From Orbicella franksi (lineage: Eukaryota), in the NCBI GenBank assembly GCA_964199315.1, contig OZ116704.1:30504001-30568000 (forward strand): a DNA stretch of 64,000 nucleotides. The letters are read 5' to 3'. Shown one piece after another: positions 57,601 through 64,000 of this stretch. Under the pieces are notes generated by a model. That model made no database searches and was not told the origin of the DNA. It was given only the letters and a program-made list of their open reading frames with translations. Both the position numbers and the translations under genes were made by a program. Each line of letters opens with the position of its first letter. The first letter of the stretch is position 1.

Positions 57601-60474
57601 TTCCTCACATTAACCTCATTTGCAAGCTAGTTCCAGTCTAATACTGAGAATACGGATATGGTCTATTAGGGAAGCAGGTCAGTGGCGAGTCCTAGGTTCA
57701 TTCAATAGTGAGGGTCTTCCTGCGATATTCGGAAAGGGCCCGCACTATAATGCAGTATACGAGATGTGCCGCCCAAACAAAAGAGGTACATTTCTCAGGT
57801 GGGACGCTTACAAAAAGGCAGTGATTTCATCATAGTTATGTAAAAGGACCTTCCAAAATATATTTAACCGACGAACCCTACATCAAGTACTTTCCGGGAT
57901 CACCCAGTTCCCATAGGTATAGGTGAGCCAGGGATGCAGTGTGCCTACTGTAAGTATATGGAAGGGGAACGTTTTTTATATCGAAGGTATATGAAAGAGC
58001 TGGATTTTTGGTCAAACCTGATATTTTCAAAGGTAAGGGTTTAGGCCACAGGACTAACTCTCCCTGACATTTCGTGTTGCGAATTCAACATCATGTAGCA
58101 GTTAGCAGATGCCTAACATTTCGTAAGTAATCCAAGTAAAAACTGATAATATCCCGTAGACTACCGCTTATAAGCCCTGGGCTTAAACAACCTTTTAAGG
58201 GCTTTTAGATAGGCTTACAAACGGAGGGGCTCATGAGAGGGGCGAGGACTTGTAGGCGGCAGTTTACGGTAGTCAGAAATTGAGAGTGAGGTTGCAATGA
58301 TCACTAGTCTATGAGCATGGTGTCATAGAACAAAGAGGTATTCTCAGTCTCATGACTGATTGATAGCTAGTTATTCAGGACACAGGAGAGAAGGATATCG
58401 TTAACCTGTCCTAAACAGCCCTTATTCTACGGTCAACGATCTAAAGTCAAAATAATTATTTGACCTCGCAAAATGGTTACCATTTTTACCTGGGGTAATG
58501 TAGCTCAACTGACAGAAGTCGCCGTGTTTTCCTTCAGGACACACGCACCCATAGCCATCAGGTGTAGAAAGACAGAGGTTTCCATGGTTGCATGAATTAT
58601 TTAAACATTCGCTAGTTTCATCTGATTGAAAATTATACTGTGATATATGTGAGACACACCAAAGGTGTAATGGAATTAATTTTGCGGAAAATTATTCAAC
58701 TCAAAAGTTGCCTCAAATAGGGGTGATGATATATACATAAAATATATTATTAGAAAGGCCAGGCTACTTTTTAAATTCCAAATGGAAAGGTAAAGATGTA
58801 GCTAAATCTCAAGAGTACAAGGCCCAGCTGAGAGAACCAGTCATCTTGAGCGGTGTAAAGAAGCGTTGAGGAAAGAAAAAGAACGTGAGAACTAAAGCTG
58901 CAGCTCGCATTTGTAAGTTAAGAACAACCAAGAAAAGAATAAAGGAGATGTACATGGATACAAGATCGAGTAGTGAAAAGAATTACACAACAAGAGAAGA
59001 AGTATTGAGGATAAAAAAAAAATAGCATGTAATGCTGAGAGAGATGGCACAAAACAAGGGGAACGGGGAACTGCATTGAGTAATGAAGGCACACAGACAT
59101 GCGGGCCAGAAGAACAAAACAAGTTCTGTTGCAGTACAAGATAAAATCAGAAGACTGATAAACGAGCAGAATAAAAGACTAAAGATCTGGAAATAAACCA
59201 TGTGCCTCTTACTTGCAACTTGTACGATGTATTTTGGCAACCATGACCATCGAAATTGACAACGCAAGTGTAATACGCTGCGTCATCAGTAGGTACTTTG
59301 TAGATCACGTGGGAGAAGTGATGGTAAGAAAATTTCGAATTCTCATTATAGGAGAAATTGGCGATCTCAGCTCAAGGATCTGCTTGGTGTCTTCTTGTAT
59401 CCACTTTGCAGCAGCGAACAACCGTGTGATTTTAATCTTGCATCATAATTTTACTTCCTCGTCAACGGTAAATGACATATTTCCTGTTTGGATGTAAAAA
59501 TCTGGTGGCTCGTGGCTTAGGTGGAAACGAAATTAACATTAGTTAGTTCTATATCAATCGCTAGTTTCCGCCGTTTTCCAATTACGGAAACTTCTATTGA
59601 CGAGCTGTAGGTTCTTTGAATACTTGAAGGTCTTTCCAGGATTGCACAAAAAGGGTATATTTTTCAGGATGGATATTTTTTAGGGCAGTCAATTCCCAGC
59701 GCAGCCAAGAGAAGCTGTCAATTCCATGAGCTACGCCGGGTGGGTGAGAGTGGAGGAAAGGAAGGGGGACAACCAGAGCTGCAGCTCGATAGCACAGGCC
59801 AAGAAAGAGTCAAGTAAAGAAAAAAGAGAGGTACACGGGGAAAACTAGAACTGAGGGGACTTCATCTGAAGGAATAAGGTGGTAAGAAAGGTGACAAATC
59901 AGCAGAAAACAGGAGATATTACATCGAATAGTGAGGACCTTGGCAGGTGAGAAGAGAAGAACAAGTACAAAGGTAAAGGAACAGCGTAATAGACTGGAGA
60001 TCAGGAAATAATATATCGATTTCGGCCAGCCTAAAAGTGTAGCTCCTGGGCCGGGTTGTTCAGAGCCCGATTAAGCTAACCTAGGGAAAGGTAGAATTTT
60101 GTTTTCATGTAACTTTGCGGTGACGTTTTCTGTATATATACATATATATATTTATTATATGGAGAAGAGTGTTTTACTGGGAACTAAACCACTCGTAGAT
60201 TCCATACGCCACTTCATCCGGGACCCGAGTGGCGTATTTTCCGTATGTCATCTTTGTGAGTGTCGTATCGTTCAATGAAGTCACGATTCCCGCCTTTTGC
60301 TTTTGTTGAATTGGTTTCTCCATATAATAAAAAGAACATTACACGTTGGCTCGAAGATATGAATTTTATGTTCGAGTGGCAAGAACGATATCTCACGAGT
60401 GAGCTTCGCTCACTCGTGAGATATTGTTCTTGCCACGCGAACATAAAATTCATATCTTCTCGCCACCGTGTAAT

Positions 60475-60556
<82 letters not shown>

Positions 60557-63500
60557 GTTTGGCCTACTGTTTTGAGTTTAATAATCACCAGATACACAAA
60601 GCAAAGCAGCAAAAAGCATTTGTGTAGAAGAATAAGCCATAATTCGGTTAACTTTTAATCCTGGGTTAGCGTTAACCGGCTTCCGAACAATCCTGCCCTG
60701 TTTTCAACAAGTTAACCTGACACGAGCCCGCGATCCAATCGAAAGCCAGCACTTGGTCAGCGGTCAACTTCAAAAAACACGTGACCTCCATGAGCTGTAA
60801 ACTTGAGCCCGTGATATGGTAATGTGTTACTGGTCAGCGGATACCTTGTTTTGACAGGTGTCACTTGATCATAACAAGTGCACGGTAAACCAAGGCTGCA
60901 TGTCTCTGTCAACCTATTAGGGAACTTAAGCACGCGCGTTTTTGAGACGCGGACGGTAACCGGAAGTGAGCTACTTTCACTTTTAACTTGTCCTCACACA
61001 ACCATATTCACATTGCTAAGTATCTTTTCTTCATTAGAGATGAGTAGTATAAAAAATCTGGGAGACAATACGGTCCTAGCATGCGAAATCTTCTCTTCCG
61101 GTTGCCGTCCGCGTCTCAAAAACGCGCGTGCTTAGGCTCCCTATTATTTGGAGTATGGACGCCATGCATACGCGCCCACGAGCAATACCGCTAGCCATGA
61201 TAACTATGAGAAAATCAACTCATGGGTTTCCTTTTCTTTCTTATATGAGTATGGGTCTCCGCTTGGCGGCCCTTCGGGCCGCCGGAGCTCCGCTAACACT
61301 TCCATAGAGTGGGAACAAATGAAAACTAAGAAAAGAACCACTTCAGGGGCCCAGAAAGTCATCACGACATAAAACGAGACAAACTGACAGATAATTTCTG
61401 ACATTGAAGCATCACGACAGACTAAAATGAAAACTGCTGCAAAATTAAAGAAAAAAGGGAAAAACCAGCTGGAAATGAAATCGTAGTGGGAAATCTCCGC
61501 AAAACAAATTTAGAAGAGAGAACGAAGGAGAAGCTGGAACCTGTAGTAAATTAAGTCAACCAAGAAGGGCTACCTCTGCAATGTATAAAACCGATTGAAA
61601 ATGGCATTGACAACATCAATCTTGGAGAAGTCACAAACATGCAGTCTTTCGAGAGAAAATAATTACCGTCGATTAGATTTATGCAGTAATTGCCCTATGC
61701 GATTTAGTAAAGCAAGTCAACGAATGAAACGCTACTCTGAACTTCTATATATTTTGCTAGACTTAAAAAAAACCGTTTGATTCTGTACATGGAGAGAGCC
61801 GCTTATGGAAGTCATTTCAGGAGTATCTCGGCAGAGCTGAAGGCAATGTACAACAACTCCGAATGCGACAGTATGAGGTCACAGGGGAAGAGAAGGACTG
61901 GACAACCGAACACAACATGGACGAAAAACGTAACAACAAATAGCAGCAGACGGAAAAAGAATGGCAAAGATTTATGTGTCTTGTGGCTGACGAGATATGG
62001 GTGAACACATACATGTTCTAGGGGTGGCGAACGATCATTTAAAAACTCTGGGTTTCGCAAAATTTTAGTCGAACTTCACGGGTCTGGCAGTCTCGATTTT
62101 TAGCGGTTATGTGTGTCCTTTTATACGAAGCAGGCTCGGCGCGGAGTCTGGATTTTCCGCAAGGCTAAGGGTTTCAAAGTCCCAATTCCTTGTTTATCGT
62201 TTCTAACTTCTCGTCACTTTATAGTGAATTTCAATGAAGTAAGTTACAATTTCCGAGAAAAAGTTAACCCTAACTTCTCGACCCCGGCTAAATTATCTGA
62301 ATTCCACAAAAAGGCCACAAAACCTATCGCAACGTCCGTTCTGGCGCCAGAAAAGCATTTATTTTGTTCTGGGATATCATAACGTAGTGTGCTGTAACCG
62401 TACTTCCAGTTCTAGACAGTTCGAAGAAGCTGGCTAAAAGCCTGCGCAAGATCGTTCTAGCTCTCAACTAAATCTGGGGCTCGAATTTTAAGATTCTGAA
62501 AGTCTAGGGCTCGCACGTGAAACCCTTTGAAGTCTTGGTCTCGCAATTTAAAAAGTCAAAATTTCTCGGGCTTACAGAGAAAAACGCTTGTATCACCGTC
62601 TCGCAAAGTCTCGCATTTACCATTCGCCTTCACCACCCCTGCTACTGAAATTCGCGTTTGGAGAACTTTATCTTTAGCGGATAACAAAAAGTATCTCAGA
62701 GAATCGTCTGCCCCGTCTTCTCCCCGTTCTCTAAATCCCCCAGCGTCGTTTGATAATGTGTTGTAGGAAAACAATGAGGTCATCAATTAACTGATGCTAG
62801 TTGAAGAATATTTGTTAGAATGAGTGGAAATGATATCCTTACAAGCTTATTCATTTCAATATAGCAAATTACCGAATTAAAGCCGGTCTTGATAAATGAC
62901 CTGTGAGAGATGAGAACTCATTACCTTTACCGTTGCTATCGATACAGGAGTTTCCAGATTCAGGGCCATCCTTTGTAGCATTACAATGTTGTCCACCCTC
63001 ACACGAAATATTTACACAGTTGCCTACAACATGAGAACTGTGGTTAGTCACCAGACTTATTAATTATAAGTGAGTTTAACTATAAAGAAAATATTGTGTG
63101 AATAATAGCAACGGATATCATTCGTCCCCGGGTCCACGCCAAATTTGTTTTCCGTCGTTGCGCAAACGGCCGCCAGTCAATAGAAGTAAACGTCAATAGA
63201 AGTATAAGTTAAGTTGTGATGTACATGTAGTCTTCAACAAGCTTACAAATATAGCATTAAGCGTTCTTTTTAAAGTTGTTGCCTACGTATATAAAGCGTG
63301 ATATGCAGAATTTTGAACTTTATTCTTGTTTTTAATGTGTATAAAAAATTGGTTCTCAAAAGATAAATTCCATAGTACATATCCAGTGCAGTAAAATACA
63401 TGTACGAATCCTATGGAATACAGTAAAATACCTTGATTATTTGACATATTGCTCAAAAAACACTGGAGCAACTTCTAAATGGCTATCATATCTGGTGCAT

Positions 63501-63863
63501 ATCGCATAAATGGCAAATTGATCTCTCACTGAAAGGGTATAAGTTAAGTTGTGATGTACATGTAGTCTTAATTATTACCTTTGCAAACAGCAACTGTTTC
63601 GTTCGAAACATTGCAGCTACTTGATGTCTGTTTTTCGAAAAAGTCACATGTGCTGTTATATTCTTGATTGGAGGCACAGGAATCATTTCCAACAAGTTTA
63701 TCTCCCTGAAGAACAGCTTCGGCCTCCGAAAATCCCTGAATGCGGCACACTGAATGAGCCATGTTAACGGCCCAGGCTGAATGGCAAAATGGTGTCCAAT
63801 TGCCAGATATGTTGATCTCAAGTTTGACTTTGGACGAGAATTTGGGATGAGGCGAAATGCGTA
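45038..63863 (-). CDS. Receptor tyrosine kinase (FGFR/RET-like kinase domain) with an SRCR / FOLN-like / EGF / Ig ectodomain; 5' end probably beyond the window
   Basis: Exons 63863-63579 (SRCR), 63023-62931 (4-Cys module, less certain), 58621-58490 (EGF), 57429-57112 (Ig), 56584-56471 (TM), 55894-55843, 54362-54187 (GSGAFG, VAVK), 53184-53068, 51731-51544, 50307-50179 (HRDLAARN, DFG), 49004-48916 (RLPIKWTAPE), 47432-47392 (WSYGV), 46577-46478, 45754-45658 (CW...RPTF), 45169-45038 (stop). All are GT-AG and phase-compatible. Confidence 0.9.
45843..46297. mobile_element. Harbinger-like MITE with internal GCTTAT/ACAAGC repeats
   Basis: aagcttggtctttactacga ... tgtagtgaaaactcaccaggc, with mirrored cacaagcataagc / gcttatgcttgtg subterminal repeats. 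Confidence 0.6.
48446..48817. mobile_element. Harbinger-like MITE
   Basis: About 35-bp TIRs ccgggtcaaacaccgtacttcacatgagccgaacc / ggttcggctcatgtgaggtacggcgtttgactcggg. Confidence 0.85.
50440..50790. repeat. Dispersed repeat, with a second partial copy at about 51195..51400
   Basis: Shared segments atgtttggatatctga, gattgagaag and ttccaaacacgtcga / ttctaaacacgtcga. Confidence 0.6.
53216..53698. mobile_element. Tc1/mariner (pogo-like) MITE with TA target site duplication
   Basis: TA|cagtgaaacctgtattaagcggac ... gtccgcttaatataggtttcactc|TA, with multiple internal aagcggac repeats. Confidence 0.85.
54558..54730. mobile_element. Palindromic MITE, copy 1
   Basis: aatagaccgtattcgtattctcggtattggactggaactagcttgcaa ... 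ttgcaagctagttccagtcc ... ggcctatt. Confidence 0.85.
54978..55150. repeat. Near-perfect palindrome (arms about 80 bp, 11-nt loop), MITE-like
   Basis: ctctattttccaattgccc...ctcttggga atatgcagacc tcccaagag...gggcaattgaaaaatagag. Confidence 0.9.
55348..55761. mobile_element. Harbinger-like MITE
   Basis: ccccgtccacgccacgccggaggaatttgaaaacg ... cgttttcaaattctcccggggtagtgtggatggggcct. Confidence 0.8.
57492..57667. mobile_element. Palindromic MITE, copy 2 (same family as 54558..54730)
   Basis: The first ~48 bp are almost identical to copy 1; TIRs aatagaccatattcgtattctc / gagaatacggatatggtctatt. Confidence 0.85.
59206..59515 (-). pseudogene. Decayed duplicate of the RTK Ig exon (pseudo-exon)
   Basis: Aligns codon by codon with 57429-57112 (AAKWIQEDTKQ vs AAKWIREETKQ; YKLQVR in both). 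It has TGA at 59443..59445 just before the first Ig Cys, a 5-bp insertion causing a frameshift, and a GC in place of the GT donor. Confidence 0.85.
60046..60700. mobile_element. TIR element containing a nested hairpin-ended repeat (about 60152..60477) and a (CT)n(AT)n tract
   Basis: The left end ctgggccgggttgttcagagcccgattaagctaacctagg matches the reverse complement of the right end cctgggttagcgttaaccggcttccgaacaatcctgccctg. Confidence 0.65.
60478..60555 (+). repeat. (CT)n(AT)n compound microsatellite
   Basis: Direct reading of the sequence. Confidence 0.97.
60919..61142. mobile_element. MITE with TIRs of about 48 bp
   Basis: agggaacttaagcacgcgcgtttttgagacgcggacggtaaccggaag / cttccggttgccgtccgcgtctcaaaaacgcgcgtgcttaggctccct. 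Confidence 0.88.
61595..61930 (+). mobile_element. Degenerate, internally deleted non-LTR retrotransposon (RTE-like) RT remnant
   Basis: Frameshifted remnants NNYRRLDL, LDLKK-FDSVH..LWK, KAMYNNSEC and KRRTGQPNTTW, which match LINE RT and RTE C-terminal patterns. Confidence 0.6.
62020..62640. mobile_element. TIR element (hAT-like AGGGGTGG ends)
   Basis: aggggtggcgaa ... caccacccct, with internal tctcgca/tctcga repeats. No TSD is recognisable. Confidence 0.5.
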
Positions 63864-64000
63864 CTTTGTAAGCTACAATGGTAGATATAGTAGGTAATAA
63901 ATAAATTTAATCTGCTAAATGTGTATCTTATAATTATATAGCTCATGGGAACGACAAAACAAAAAGCTTTTTTTGTTTTTCGGGAACTCAACAGTATAAG

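Noticed and set aside
62690-62786. Possible extra RTK ectodomain exon (GFRERGEDGADDSLR)
   Set aside because: No suitable GT donor follows, and the frame runs into a TIR element.

Overview
Intron-rich animal genomic DNA. The gene families and repeat landscape suggest a cnidarian, probably a stony coral (inference). From left to right: (1) a DIRS1-type tyrosine-recombinase retrotransposon on the minus strand (gag, RT/RNaseH/methyltransferase, YR), with its 3' end off the left edge and one nonsense codon in the YR frame; (2) the first three exons of a type II membrane collagen-like gene (minus) whose intron hosts the DIRS; (3) an intronless 312-aa orphan ORF (plus) whose N-terminus resembles the VapD/Cas2 pattern by eye; (4) a complete 17-exon ANKRD42 (minus), head-to-head with (5,6) two complete 13-exon tandem calpain-5 paralogues (plus), both with an intact catalytic triad; (7) a receptor tyrosine kinase (minus, 5' end probably off the right edge) with an unusual SRCR / FOLN-like / EGF / Ig ectodomain and a decayed duplicate Ig exon. 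The introns contain many MITEs, tRNA-derived SINEs, hairpins and microsatellites. All exon models were built by hand from splice signals, reading phase and family motifs; no database search was run.
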